Position numbers and translations under genes: made by a program. Source: Lama glama (lineage: Eukaryota). From it: a DNA stretch of 64,000 nt. Positions 38,156 to 52,125 of the stretch are shown here, in pieces. The stretch spans positions 5,396,001 to 5,460,000 of the forward strand of contig CM052818.1 in the NCBI GenBank assembly GCA_028534125.1, written 5' to 3'. Position 1 is the first letter of the stretch. The number at the start of each line of letters is the position of its first letter. Under the pieces are notes generated by a model. It worked only from the letters and a program-made list of their open reading frames with translations, was not told the origin of the DNA and did no database searches.

Positions 38156-39699
38156 CTGCCGGTGAGGGTTAGTAAAAACACAACCTTTTCCAACAGATGC
38201 TGTCAGTATTCTGAGTTGCTTATGTTAAGAGAGTCTGTGCAAGCCAAAATTGCAAAATGTTCCCATTCATTGTGTAAGAGAAAAGAATTACCCCTATTTT
38301 TTTAAAAAAAAATAGAATTTCTGTTTTTAGCTTTAGGTTTGCAGCCCATTGCTCCATTTTCTCCATTATCAAGGAAACCAAGTAAAAGAAATATATTGTG
38401 CTGTGGGTCCTTGTCTGAATCACCTTGCCCTTCTTTCTTACTGAAAACCAGACTAAACATTTTGAAAGTCTACATTTTAAAATTTCCAACAGTAATGAGT
38501 AAACTGTACCTGGGGTGCTCTAACCAGCCCCCCACATGGTTAGCAGGCCCCACATTCTACAGATATAATTGCACCGGTGCACATTCCTGGCCTGACCCTA
38601 TCTGGGTCCATCCATTCTTGGATACTCCTGATATGAAGTCCATGTAAAGCACTGGCTGTTCTGAAATTCACTGTTGGAAGACCATCAAGGAGGCAATGAA
38701 CTTTCAAGGCCTAGTATCTTAAAGGAACCTATAAATGAAGTAGGTCAAGGATGAGGCCCATAAGTGGCTGGGAAAAAAAAAAATCTCCATTTAGTTTATA
38801 CAACTTCAGCTTCCCTGGCTGTTCAGATTCCATATAAGGAAGAGTAACTTTTCAAGCCAGCAGGCCTCGACATATTTCTTGGCCTTATAATTCTCACAGA
38901 TCTAGACATTCCAAGGTAGAGGGTCATTCAAACAGAGTTGTAATTTCTTGTGTATATTTATTTCCAAAGTATCTTATGCATAGTTTCCCAATGAAATCAT
39001 AGATTCGGGCTAGGGGAATGCTAGCTGGGTTATTTTTCAGGCATGCCCAGAAGAAGCAGTCAAAAAGAACTGCTCTGAGCTTCTCAAGCAAATAGGCCAG
39101 ACTTGAGCCGAACTACCCCCACTACTCCGGTCACTTGAACGACAGCTTTTGTCTTGGCGATGATGGAAGAAGAGAAGAGGGAGGAAAGACATTCATACAA
39201 TTTAAAAAATAAATTTCCCTATAAACACACAAGCCAGATTGGTAGGTTATGATACAGTCCAACAAGGATACACTGAGAGGCTAACCACCAGCATTCAAGT
39301 GTCTCCTCAAATCCCCACGACTCACCCACAGGGCCACCTTGAGCGCCCCACTCACTGCCTTAGTGCTTTGATCACCTCGTCTGTGCAACAACCAGGACAG
39401 ACCAAGATGGCGGCATGTCGGCTCTGGATCAGGTAGCTACTGAAAACAAGACGTCAAGTGTTTAATATTTGTTTTCCTGTGCTCAAAGAGGAACTGAATA
39501 GTGTCTATATCATTTTACAACTTCAGCTGAAATTTGAGAGGCAGAATGACTAATAAAATGAGGAAGGTTTGAAAAGCAACACCAATCCAGGGCGCATCAT
39601 TACTAACTCCACGATAATGAGAATACTGGGGTCAAAGTGCTGCTTAAACCTCATTACAAACCCTGAATTATCTAAGGAAAAAACAGGTTACTCTCTAGT

Positions 39700-40210
39700 T
39701 ATCTAGCAAGTATTTATTATCATCCAATCATTCATTCAGCCCTTATTGACTGGGCATTTCTCTAGGCACTTGGGATACATCGGTGAATAAGAGAGGTGGA
39801 ACCAGGCCCTGCTGCAGCTTACATTTTCATGGTGGGAGAAACTCAATAAACAATACAGAGAAGACATGAGACAATTCTCCTATAAATTAAAGCATGTTAA
39901 GTGCTAGGGAAGAAAGAGAAAGTTGGACAGCCTAAAGGACTGGGAAGTTGGGAGTTGGAGTTGGGCACTGGTGTAGACTGCCCTCTTAAAGTGGTCAGTG
40001 GAGGCTTCATTGAAAAAATGACTGACATTTGAGCAGAAACTTCTAGGTGGTAAGGGAGTGAGCTATGCAGGTATGTGGGAGAGAGCACATCTGGGGTTGA
40101 AGGAACAGCAGGTAGCTATAAAGACGGTGGCTCTTTGCCCTAAGAGGACAAGAAGCCATTTGTTGCAGGGATTTTGCCTAGAGAAGAGTGGTGACCTGGC
40201 CATCTTTCTA
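39700..40210 (-). mobile_element. L2 3' region
   Basis: cattcattcagcccttattgac...ctaggcacttgggatacatcggtgaataag...tgacatttgagcagaaac...gggagtgagctatgcag. Confidence 0.8.
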
Positions 40211-43200
40211 AATTCAAAACCTGTATTAACATCCATAAAGGTTTCTTTGCACAGTTAAAATACGTATGTACGTAAGCACAGTCTCCTACACTTACATACC
40301 TACCAAACTGCCATCAGGCACTGAGTATGGGTTTTCTAGTTGGAAGGACAGGACAGTACAGGGCAGTGTTGCTCCATCAAACATTATTCTCCCATTAATA
40401 CTAAAGCCTAACTCAAGCATTTGCAGAATTGAATTTTACTGGCATTTGTTAAGTACCCACTCCTGTGCTTGAAAGTGGACCAGACACAGTTGGGAATGAA
40501 GACTTGTTCATTGGATTGGGAGATCTTCATGGGAGTTGGGAGGAGGGTGTAAGATACACAGTTTTGTCACTTGATTTTGCTCAATTTCCAGCTTCTCATT
40601 TGCAAATCCAAAGGAGAATATCTTTTATTTCTCGAAGACTGGGTGAGGATTGAATGAAATAATGTGTCAAACACCTTTATGTTCTGGCTGCCCACCGGTT
40701 CCAAACATCAGACACATATACTGCAGCTCGTCACTTAACAAATGCTGTTTATCTCTCCCCTGAGTTGATGAAAGATGTCATTATTTTAAAATTAAACTAA
40801 CATGAAGCCAAGGAGGTACCCAGTTTGCTAGCAAAGCAGTCCTGTCTACATACCATTAGCAGAATAGGATTTTAAAAGATACTCAGAAAGAATGGAGAAC
40901 ATGGAACCTGTGGGCAGCCAGAACATAAAGTCCCAGAGTGCATTGGGAGTGTGGGATTCCAGATAAGATCCCCAAGGAGAAACTCGTGTACCCCTTTAAC
41001 GTATAAGTAGTGTATAACACTCACTAGAACCTGAACATGACAGACAAAGACAAGAGGGATAATGGCCAAAAAGATCTCTGCTCTTAAATCCCATTTTTGA
41101 GAAATTATTCCTAATTACAGTCAATGGAGACTACAGAAAACATACCCTGGCGTTGGAAAGCTTGGGCATAGCCACTTACTTCTGCTGTGACTTTGATCCA
41201 GTTGCTGAGCCTGCTGGGATCTGAGATGGAGAACCATCCAGCACAGACTGAGGTACAGAGGTATTTGGGTGCAGGGAATCCCCAAAGTTACACAAGCAGC
41301 TGCCTCCATCTGCTAGTAAGGTCAGCACAGAGGTTGCTGAGGGACATTACACTGGTTGACCTGCATCCCCAAAGCTGGACCCGTGGTGAGTCAGAGTCCA
41401 AGCCTTGAAAGGAAGGATCGGGTGCCATGTTACACACTCCGCCATAATGCGGTCCAGCTTTGGCCTGTGTGTGGCGCTCTCCCCGCCACCCCTGCTCTCA
41501 GACCCCAAACCCTAATGTTGCAAGGGCAGCAGGATCCAAAATAAGAATTGTGGCTTAGAAGAATCCATCAGAGGGCTTCTGTGCCTGAAAGAAAGGAAGG
41601 ACCCAATAGAGCCTAGAGGCAACGTAGCTATGATACCCAGTTAGCTGGGAGTTCATTTAGCAAACACAGTTCCCTTTATCTGATGTACTTTCAGCATTGC
41701 TTATGAGCTGTATCCTACTTAGGAGTATGAGCTCTCCAATTATTTGCCTTACATTATGAATCATTTATCTAGTCAATCTAATATTCTTCCCTTATGCATC
41801 TTAATACCTCAGTTAACTATTATGAGTCATTTGTTATTTGTATACCAGAAAACTGCTTTCCAAGTTATTACTTATTGGTCATAATCAATTAGGGAAGTTT
41901 TTAGACGATGGCTGTCTTATATAAACACACTGGTAAAGTTCAGGTCCTGTGATTTCTGACAATTAAATTGTTCTGTCACTTGGGGACTCTCATTAATCTC
42001 AACTTGTCATCCTTGTTTATGCAGGTTATAATGGGCTATGTGTGTAAGTGAAACAAGACACGAAAAGGCTTTGGCTTTTTAACTCTTTGATGAGACTAGA
42101 ATTGAAATACTTTCTTAAAGGGGTGACTTTGATTTGTACAGCCTGAAGGAACTGGATTCCAGACAGTGGTTCATCCACTCCGCTATAACCCGCAGCCATC
42201 TTTATGTAGATTTGTAATTAAGAAACCAGAAAGAGATGAGCTGGCCCCTACCCACTCTACGTTCTCGATATCTGTACATCTAGAAAAGAAAATCTCAGAG
42301 AAGAAAATCCGATTGCATTGCTCTCTGTCTTTCCTGGTCAACATCTAAAAGCTCTGGGTGTAACTGTTACATACGTTGAGTGAAAGAAAAGAAGCATCAG
42401 AGTGGTCAGAAAGGTCCTGGGGAAAAATTTAGATGTCAAGTACCATCGGTGAAGATTGGATCCATGGCTGGGATTTCAATGCAGGGAGTTGTTTCGAGGG
42501 CTACTATGGGATTTGTACTAAGATATAATTTATTGGACATCATTATTTATGATGTGAAATATGCAAACTGTGCATTAATTAAATTCAGGTGTCCCTACCT
42601 ATAGCAAAACCTCTGACGATAATTAAATTATACAAAGTGACCCAAGTCAACAGATTAGAAATCTGAACAGAAATCTAAGAGCTTTAATAAAGTCATAAAT
42701 CACTGTAAAGGAAAGGGTGGGTATTATTATTACATTCAGAGCAAGTCTGCAAAGAATGTGTAATAACAGAGCTGATGAAAAACGGATCTGAAATAGACCT
42801 ATAAGGAACAAGGGGAGCTCATTTGCCCAGATGAAGCTGCTAATCAGAAACTGGTTTAAAAATCACAGTTTGGCAGAAACTAAAATAAACAATTTTTTAA
42901 AGAGTCCAGATTCACCACTTTTGACTTCCCCCAAAAATTCAGGTGGTCTTGTATTTGCTAAGCGTGGTGGGGGGCCAGGTTCATTCTTTGGAGAAAGCTT
43001 TGGTTGGTAACTTTGAGTCTTCTGAGTAGTGTAATACCTTCGCACTCACTTCTGAAAAGCAGTCACTGTTATGCAAGGACTTTCCTCCCCAGGTTGGAAC
43101 AGAATCACTACTTAGCATCAGACATCCTTTATTATGATTCTGTGATTCCATGTTTACTATTCTGTCCTCTCCACTGAGTCTTTCCTGTAGTGTCTTTCCT

Positions 43201-43214
43201 GTAGCAATACAGCT

Positions 43215-44090
43215 CTCTTTGACTGAATGCCTATTATGTGCCAAGCACTGTACTACATTCTCATCTATCTTCACAACAATCCTAGAAAGTAGATATTTTT
43301 TATTATCTCTGTTTGGTATCCAGATATGGAGTTTCAGTAATTTGCTCAAGGTTAAGACAAGGATGTGAGCCCAATCTGCCTGCCTCTAGACTCCAACTTG
43401 AACTGCCCTACTGGCTTACCTCCCTCTTGGTGCCTGATTTACCCTTGAGCCCCATGTCAGTCCATTTCCCCATTTACCCCTTGTCTCTGAGAACCTTCAT
43501 GGCAGCTGAGCCATCTGTGATGCCAATTCTTATTTACTTTTAAATCCTGCCCTGCCCCACCACCAGTGCCAAACACAAAGTAGTTGACAGTATTGGAGGG
43601 AGACAGTGAAAGAAAGAGGCAGATAGGAAGAGGGGATTGCTGAACCCAGTGACTGTATCAATCCAGCATAGAAAGCCATACAGTAAAGAAATACAGTGGA
43701 ATGCTGGTTAGGAGACAGGGTGCCTCAGCCACCTCTATTGCTGGGTGGTGTGTGTTGTTAAGCAGATAATTCAGTCTATCTTAGCCTCCATTCCTCATCT
43801 ATAAAATGAGGAGTTGGCCCAAGTGACCACTCTGATCCCACACAGCTCCCACGTTCTCTGATTTTAGATTCATTTCAAAGGTGTTTCCTCCCAGCCCCAC
43901 CAGGGGCCATGATAGACCTGTCTTGTACTAATTCCTTCCATGTACCAAGCACTTTGTGTCCATTAGCTTCCTGTGGTCCTCCTAACAATTCTGTAAGGAT
44001 AGTATTATCATTCTCGTTCAGCAGAGAAAGTGGATCTTAGCAGGTTTACAAGCTCGAGGTCATGCAGTCAGTGAGAGGCTGTAAGGCAAC
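43215..44090. mobile_element. Cluster of three MIR/MIR3 fragments (~43215-43410 minus, ~43700-43860 plus, ~43935-44090 minus)
   Basis: gaatgcctattatgtgccaagcactg; gcctccattcctcatctataaaatgagg; tgtaccaagcactttg...cctaacaattctgtaagg. Confidence 0.7.
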
Positions 44091-45569
44091 CCTGATCTCA
44101 TACATTTAGAAATTTACAAGTCTCCCCGAACTTGAGAACTGTTGAAACTCTTAGCTAAATGGCTTCTTAGAAAGCACAAAATACTATCTTGTGACCCCGA
44201 AAAGTTTCCAGTGCAATTTCCTCAATCAAAAGGAATCCGGGACTTGAGAAAATGAAACAATCCCTGAGATGTGATTTTTGGAATTGGCATTTTCACAGTC
44301 ACAACTGCATCTCTAACCCTGGGCAAGCATCTCACAAAAGCATCAGATCACTGCAAACCTGTCAACACTTGGCCGTCTCCACCATGTCTCCCAAGGCCCG
44401 GCCCCCAGAGCACTTTCTGTCTGAACTGTTTGCTTGTCACTTAATCACACACTCCTTCATCTAGCTTGTTGCTTCGTGTGCCTTACTCTTGCCTGGCCAA
44501 CACAAACACAAGTTCCTTGAGGACAGAAACTGAGCTTTGTATTTCCTTCCAGCCTTACAGTATCCACAACCGAGGAGAACCCTTCAAATGATCCTCCCTT
44601 TCACTCAGTTTATTCATCACATTTTCAGCAGAGGATCAAACAATATTCTTTCTCGGCCCAAATTCTGGTGCCTTATAAGTACTGGCAACCCCACAGCCCA
44701 ATTCTTACTTAACTGGAAACCACCCGAAAGGGTCTTCGGTACCACATCACGCTGCTGAGCCTGGGGTCTGACTGCCAAGAATGGCGAGGTGGCAAGATGA
44801 AGATGGACAGAGGTATCTCCTGTCATCCAGGGAGGGGTTCGATTTTAATAGCATTCCCCAGGTGATAGTTTCCTATCAGTCCAAGGTTGAGCTGAAAATC
44901 AGACCCAAGAAAGATGGAATATGAAAGAATCATCTCAAGATCCCAGGGAATCCCACGAGGCCCTTGCCTTTCAGTTTTGCCATGCCTGTCCCTTGACTCA
45001 AAGCTGAGAGAAACGACTTAAGATTCCTTCTACTCAGCAACCTGGATGAACTCAGTGCCTGACTTCCAGTTTAACAAATACTGCAGCAATAAATACTTCA
45101 GAAATCTCAAGATGACAGGACCTCAATTTTTTTAAAAAAATGCACCAACTTAAAAGCATCACTCTGCCTGTAGAGCAAATGAGGCTTGGGGTAAAGGTCT
45201 TGCTGTCCCTTTGAGGACCATGAACTTTGCAAATCAAGAGAGAAAAGCCTTAATCACTGGCCCTGAAACTCACCTGTCCTGGCAGAAGACACTCTACAGG
45301 GTGCTGTATTTCACCTCTGCCAGGGATAGGCTGTGATACGACAACAGGCAGTTGCCACTTAGGACAGAGCTGTTTGATTTCAACAAAACCAAAGATACCT
45401 TCAGGAAACACCCTAGAGCAGTCGAAGTCCTTCCTTCTCTCATCTGGCAAGTTCAGGTGCAAAACATTAAGATCTGTCATGGAAGTTGGGAGACAATTTG
45501 TGTTTTCATTCACTAAAGAAATTTTTATCAACTGAAGATGGAAAGATAATAGTAGAACCAAGGACACTC

Positions 45570-45785
45570 AGGAAAAATAGTTGTTATGTGCTAAGTACAT
45601 ACTCTGTACCTAGTTCCTTTATGTATCTTTTTCAGTTAATCTTCACAAAGACCCTATGAAGTAAGATCTATGCCTCCTTATTTTGTCCACAAATACCTCT
45701 GAGACCTCTAGTAATAACATATTGATTAAGTGCTGGGCTTCACATGCAAATCCAGATCCTCCCAGCTCCAAGTCCAGGCTGTGGA
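45570..45785 (-). mobile_element. MIR SINE
   Basis: ttaatcttcacaaagaccctatgaagtaag...gctgggcttcacatgcaaatcc. Confidence 0.55.
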
Positions 45786-46519
45786 TCACCAAAATTTAGT
45801 TTGTGTCTATCCCGGCAGATGGCTGGATATTCAAGGCTGATCCTGGGGCTTGATTTGCATGATTAATAAGGAAGAGTTGCCAACTTCCCTAGAAGCCTCC
45901 ATTGGGCAGCACTGAGCAGGCGCACTGGGTCTCTCAGGCTTGTCAGTAAAAGGACAGGACATGAATCTAAGGCTCAAGTCAAAGGGGGACGGTGGGAGGG
46001 CAGACTCTGAACATGGTTTTTGAAAGTGCTGTTGTTTGGAAAAGCTGCATGATGTCAGGCCTGAGCAGGGATCCAGCTGTGAACAGCGCTCGGAGGAGTG
46101 TTGATGGGATCCGGGCGGTCCAGCTGTGAGGGGCCCGGAAGCGCTTGCAGAGATGACCCGCGCCCTCCCCAGCAGCTGCGGCCACTGACGAGAGAAACGA
46201 CAGAGATTCGCGGCAGCCAGGAGCCACAGCCACTACCACGCCGTCAGCCTTACGCCTTGTCACAACACTTAAGTTACACCCACCAACCACGACAGACACA
46301 AAACAGACATGCAAGGTACAGAGAGGCCCCTGAAACATGTGGAAAGGAGCGCAGACACTGGACCACGGTAAGAGCCTAACCCTGTGAGGAGTGTCAGAGG
46401 GGCCAAACCAGAGAAACCCCTCCTTGGTATCTCACCAGCTCCTGGACTTCGGCCCGTGGGTAGAAGGAGAAGGTGAGGTTTGGTCAGCTTGTCACCCAGG
46501 GATAACACAGAAAATGGCA

Positions 46520-46760
46520 CACGCATGATGCAGAGGAATCGGCTGGGGCTTTGGTGTCCGAAGGACCTGGGCTCAAATCCGGAGGCTTCCGTGTCCTGGC
46601 TATGGAACCTTGATGAGTCACATACGCCCTGCTCAAGCCTCCCTCGTTTCTCCTTTATAAAGAGAAAAGTAGTAATTTCCTGTTAGACTTCTGGCAAAAA
46701 AATTAAATGAGATAAAATATAAATCATGACACAGAGATTTCTAAATATGTTCATTTTCTT
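46520..46760 (+). mobile_element. MIR SINE
   Basis: gacctgggctcaaatccgg...gaaccttgatgagtcacat...aagcctccctcgtttctcctttataaa...aattaaatgagataa. Confidence 0.75.
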
Positions 46761-47199
46761 CCCTCCTCTCGTACATTACAAAAGGGTAAAAACTGCTATT
46801 TTCTGCTCAGAAATCTCCTGGTGATGGAAGCCTAGAAAGGCTAGGTGAAAACTAAGTCATCTCTAGGGAATTTGAAGGGTGACGCAGATTGCCTGCGGAC
46901 ATGTCACCGGGGAAAGTGAGCAGGTCACAGAAGAAAATGTGCTGAAGTGCTCAGAAATGCCCTTTCCAGCTTTGATTATTTCAGATTCCTAGCAGGGTTT
47001 AAGCACCCATGGGCAACACAGTACAGCACAGAGGGAACTTCCAACACCAGCGAGCTTTAAATCCATACCCTCCCCTAAATGGAAAACTGTACTCGACACT
47101 GTCAGATGCAGAAGTTTGTATGTAGATTAAACTGTTTGAAAACTGTGACCTTGTCTTTACCTCTAAAGATTCAATCATCTTTCAAATCCAAGCTCCATT

Positions 47200-47256
47200 A
47201 TCAGGTGCACAGGTCCAAGTGGCAGAAAACCCAACTTAAACTGGCTTAAGCTAAAA

Positions 47257-47331
<75 letters not shown>

Positions 47332-47785
47332 TTTGGGTGGCTGAGGGGTCTAATTCACCTTTGGTTCCAAGCTGGTGGAGAATTTAAATGATGTCAGCAG
47401 GACCCAGCTCTCTCTGCTGAGCTTCCCTGTGTTGGCTACATGCAAGGATCTGGCATGCTGGGCCACAGCAACTTCTTGCTCCCTTTGCCCAAAAATCCAG
47501 TCCAATAGGAGAAAGAAACTATTTCCAGGATGGCACAAAAAGAGTATTTGGAGTCCAGATTGGAGTTATGTACTTACTAGCAAAGCTAGCTCGAGCCAGG
47601 TGAGTGTACTGGGAGCATTAGCATGGCTCGGAGTATGTGATCCCCTGGGAATAAAGTCAGTACCACGTGGGCATATGGGCTGGGAGTGAAGAGGCAAGGT
47701 AACCTCAGAGTAAGCTGGAGTACAGCCCTTACATAAAAGTAGTTTGGATACCGCACAGAAAAATCAGCTAATGTCTGCTGTTACA
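47200..47785 (-). mobile_element. MaLR LTR (MLT1K/L-like) remnant containing a (TA)n expansion
   Basis: aagtggcagaaaacccaacttaaactggcttaagctaaaa...aaatgatgtcagcaggaccc...ends tgttaca. Confidence 0.65.
47261..47329. repeat. Perfect (TA)34 microsatellite
   Basis: Uninterrupted TA run counted from the sequence. Confidence 0.98.
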
Positions 47786-48799
47786 TCCTAGCCCCACAGA
47801 ACAACGACCTTACATCCTTTATATGTTTCCTAATTTTCTTTGTGTCACTCCTATAGTGCTTATCACCTGCAACCTGGTATTTTAGGTTAATACTTTGTGC
47901 CTCGAGGGCACAATGCCTTTGTCTCCATCAACATCATCTTTCACAGGACTTTGACCAGAGTGGGTCAATTAAGGGAATTTAATAGAAATGAATGGATTTA
48001 ACATACACAAGCATTGGACATGAATAATTAAAGTCGAAAGTTGAAATAGCTGACCTGTAGAAGCAATCAAGAGGAAACAATGTTAGAATTATTCGGCTTC
48101 TGGAGGAGTGGAAGAAAAGGAAGTTGGGGGCTCTTTATTCAAAAATCGCTGTCAGAAATCCCCAACTTCCTGAAGGAATTTATTAAATAGATTGAGGGGA
48201 CACATGGCTCGAAACCACCAAAAATCCTCCATGGAAAAGAAGGCTGAACATTCCGTCGAGTCAAGCCCTCAAGATAAATAACTAGAGAAAAATATTTCAA
48301 AAGGTGAAGGAAGCAGGTGAATTAATTGGAGTGGAGAGGATGAGCAGCAGGCCAAGGCTCTGAAACAAAGAAACTAAAACAAACAAACAAAAAATGGTTT
48401 TCCAGTAACTCTATCAGGAATTTGGGAGAAAAAGTTCAGATAAGAGAGAAATTTACTCTCAAAATTACCCAGTCTGTTTGCAGGATTAGATCTGGTCACC
48501 ATCAAATCCCATCTGGAAGAAGTCCTCACAGCTACACGAGACAGAAAAGCTGATCGAGTCTCTTAAAGACGATCACACTCTGTTAATTAACCTCTGGGCC
48601 TCCTGGGTCGTGGAGTGTCGATCGCTTCCATCTTATTAGCGGTCACCAATTTTACGTCGTCAGGACTGCACAGCACACAAACAGGTATAAGAAACTCGTT
48701 ACAGCCCTATTGTTGAGAAAAGTATTTCAGCTGAGAATATCCTTTTGAGAGAAAAAGCTCAGTGTGTCTTGGGATCGGAAAATATTTGATAACACAGAA

Positions 48800-49019
48800 C
48801 AAGAGATGGCCAAACTCTGGCCAGTGGGCCAAATTCAACTTGGTATCTGTTTTTATAGTTTTCTTGGCCTACAGCCATGTCCCTTCACTTACTGCTATCT
48901 ATCAGATGCTTCCAGTGTCTACATGGGCAGAGCTGAGTAGTTGCAATAAGGATCATATGGTCCAAAACGCTTAAACTATTTATCATCCAGCCTTTTACAG
49001 AAAGAGCCTGTTGATCCTG
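48800..49019. mobile_element. MER58A-like hAT-Charlie MITE
   Basis: ggccaaactctggccagtgggccaaattc...gcagagctgagtagttgcaataagga...tatttatcatccagccttttacagaaa...gatcctg. Confidence 0.85.
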
Positions 49020-50239
49020 GCCGTGGAAGAAAAAGAATCCCAGCCCACCGAAAACAAGGGTATTTTTTCGACCATTTCTGAAAGAATCAGCCATGTTAAC
49101 ACCAAGATGGTGGCAAGATAGTTTGCCATCATCAGTGATGACTTATGGACTGTGGGGAGAGAAGCAAAAGAGAGAGAAAGAATTGAGCAGGTCTGGTCGC
49201 TGGGAAGAAGGCTCAGTGAGGAACCAAGATGGGGTGCGATACGGGAGGGGGAGGTGCCTGTCAGGCCTCCCTGGAGAAAGGCGGGGGAGAGAGAGAGCAG
49301 CAATTAGCAGAAAAGCATCCATGCCTTTGTCTGCCTCAAAGTGTTTCTCTTGCCTGCTACTGCGGCACATTTGAATGTTTTATTTCTTCGACCCTCCGAG
49401 CATTACCAAACAGTTATTATCTGAGCTTCTAACAAACAATTATTCCAGCTCCTAATTTATATTTCAATCATTTTAACTACTGATCTTATGATCACATCCA
49501 GGCTCTGATCACATTAGTGTCTATTAACTATGCAGCAACCAATAAAATCTGCATGAGAGACTTATTTCATATATACTCCCTTAGCGCAATTTATTAAAAT
49601 AATGTAGACTATTAACGTTTAAACTAAATGTAATATATATATTTAATATAAAAATTCTCATTACTGTGATTAATAAAATTTTTAGTGTAAGCTGATATTT
49701 AGTTAGAGGAAATGAACAAGTTAAGCCAACTGAACCATTTCAGTTACATTAATTTAATTAAATATGACTTTTACATTACGTGGGATTAGGTCCATACCAC
49801 GGATAATTCTAACATATTCAAAGAGTCAAAAAGTTGAATTCCACTATCAAAGTTACCATCAAATCACCAAAGGTCATTCTAGATAAAGCATAGTGACCGC
49901 TCTCACTGAAACCTCCTCGCTTTTCTAAGTATGCCGTGAGGAATTACAGAACTTGAAAAGTAACACAGTAGCACCACACTGTTTTCCTCTTTCAAAAGTC
50001 TCATTGTTCAGGTTTTTGCTTTTGACGTGCACTAGGCCCGTGCATATGCGTGTGTGTGTGTGTGTCAGAGATGCAGAGACACAGACACAGAAAGAAGGAC
50101 AGAAACAGATCTCATGCTGGTTCTTTGAATTATCTCCATTTATATGGAAACATACCCCAGAATGATTTCTTGAAGTATTTACTGGCTAAACTCCACCTTC
50201 TCCTGCCTGGACTCTTCCAGAACCACTTTGGTCTGGGCT

Positions 50240-52125
50240 GATGTAACTGCCCTGATACTTTCTAACTTTGCAAACTTGGCAAATAAGTACTTCAGCCCAG
50301 TGTCTCTGTCAGTAAAATGGGGATGGGAGGTTGTGAGGATTAAATGAGATGGGTAGGAAAAAATCCAGCCTATAATGGCTACCCCTGGGAACTGCATGTC
50401 TATGCTGCTGCCTCAGAAAATATTATGATTTATTACTTCTTCTCTTCAAGTATAATCTCATGGGCAGTGTGGCTGGATTATTTTCCACATTCCAAAACTC
50501 TTTTCCTAGATTGCCATGGCCATGAGCCCATTTCACTTCTCTCTTTTGCTCTCTTCATTTTGTTTTTTTACTTTCTTTGTCTTCTGTGCAGGTGCATTTC
50601 ATTGACACCTAAGTTGTTCCATGACCATTTGGGGTTAAAAGGTAGGAGAGGGGAGTGAGTAGAGCACTAGCACGGGGTCTGGTGGGACTATGGTTGAGCC
50701 CCAGTTGACTTGCTACATGACCTTGGGTAAGTGCTTAATCTTTTTAAGCCTTGACTCCCATCCGTGCCAAATGGGGATGGTCAATCATAATATCTACTTA
50801 CAGGGGGAGAGTGAACGCTGAATAATTACTGCAAAGAGTGATTTGAATTGTATCTGGCTCATATTAAGAGTTTAATAATAATAATAATAATATCAATAGT
50901 AATGGGAACCATGATTCCTAGAACAATATCACTGCTTTTCCGGAGGCTGGATCATGCATTGGTGATGAGTTCTGAACTTGAGGAGACCCAGAAACATCTG
51001 TGCAACTAGCAGAGTATTGGACACTGTGAAGATTCAACTTCCTACATGGAAGAGAGGGTTTTTTCTATATCATCCCAAGCAAAGTCGCCGGTGCCCTCTC
51101 CTCTGGCTCTAGTGGTTTATTTAAGAGTCTGCTTGAGCATAGTGGAAACTTCCAATTTAGCTAGAAATATAGTCCCTTTCAGAGAGCAAGATAAAAGCAA
51201 CAAGAAGAAAACTTGCCCCTAAAATCTCCCACTCTCAGAAATGCACCAACAGCCCTGATGGTTGATAATCTGGTTTCATACCCAAAGCAAGATGCTCTGC
51301 CTCTGCGGCTCAGAAGGGACAAGGATGGTGTGAAAACAAAACGCTGACTTTCAGGTGGAAGATCAGCCCTCATGGTTGTAATTCTGAACCCAGGAGAAGA
51401 ACCAGAACCCAGCCAGAGTTACCACCCAGTCTCCTTAATAAATGTGGACAGGAAAATGTCAAGAAAGGTGCTGGCTAATAGGCTGGAACAGATAATCCCA
51501 CACTAAACCTATCACAATCAGGTGGACGTATTTAGAAAGGATAGTCAGGCAATAATGGGAAGCGATTATTAAATGCACTGCAGTGAACTTCTGGAGACAG
51601 GGAAGAGCCGGTGGCTGCCACTCCACGTCCTTCTCTGAAAGGCCTTTGATCACCTCACCACTCTGTCCCTCCCCCTCATTCAGCAAGAATCTGGACTGAA
51701 GGCAGCATTGTTCAGGTGGAGCTCTCAGGCCTGTCCAGACCTCCCCTCCCTTCCTGCAACAAACTAGTTAATAGGACTTGTGTCATCACTCTTGTCAATT
51801 TCCCCTGCCCCATGACCCTTACTTTATTTCAAAGTTACATTAGAAAACTTCCCATCCAGTCTAGGAATCCATCTTTCTTTGGCAATTCCATTATAAGAGT
51901 TTTTTAGGGGCCCATGACATGGAGTCAGTCTCCCTGGTTTGAACTCTGGACCCGACACCTATTAGCTGGGCAATATGACTTCAACTTTCTGGGCTCATCT
52001 GTGAAATGAGGCTAATTAGCACAAGCTTCATTGTGGGGTGGTGTACAAACCAAATGACTCATAAAAGTTAAAGGCAAGTTATTTAAGCGAATGCTTTTCA
52101 CATCATAAGTGCTCAGTAAATTTTT
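50240..52125 (+). mobile_element. Three MIR fragments (~50240-50355, ~50660-50875, ~51915-52125)
   Basis: gtaaaatggggatgggaggttgtgaggattaaatgagat; tgaccttgggtaagtgcttaatc; ctcatctgtgaaatgagg...taagtgctcagtaaat. Confidence 0.7.
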
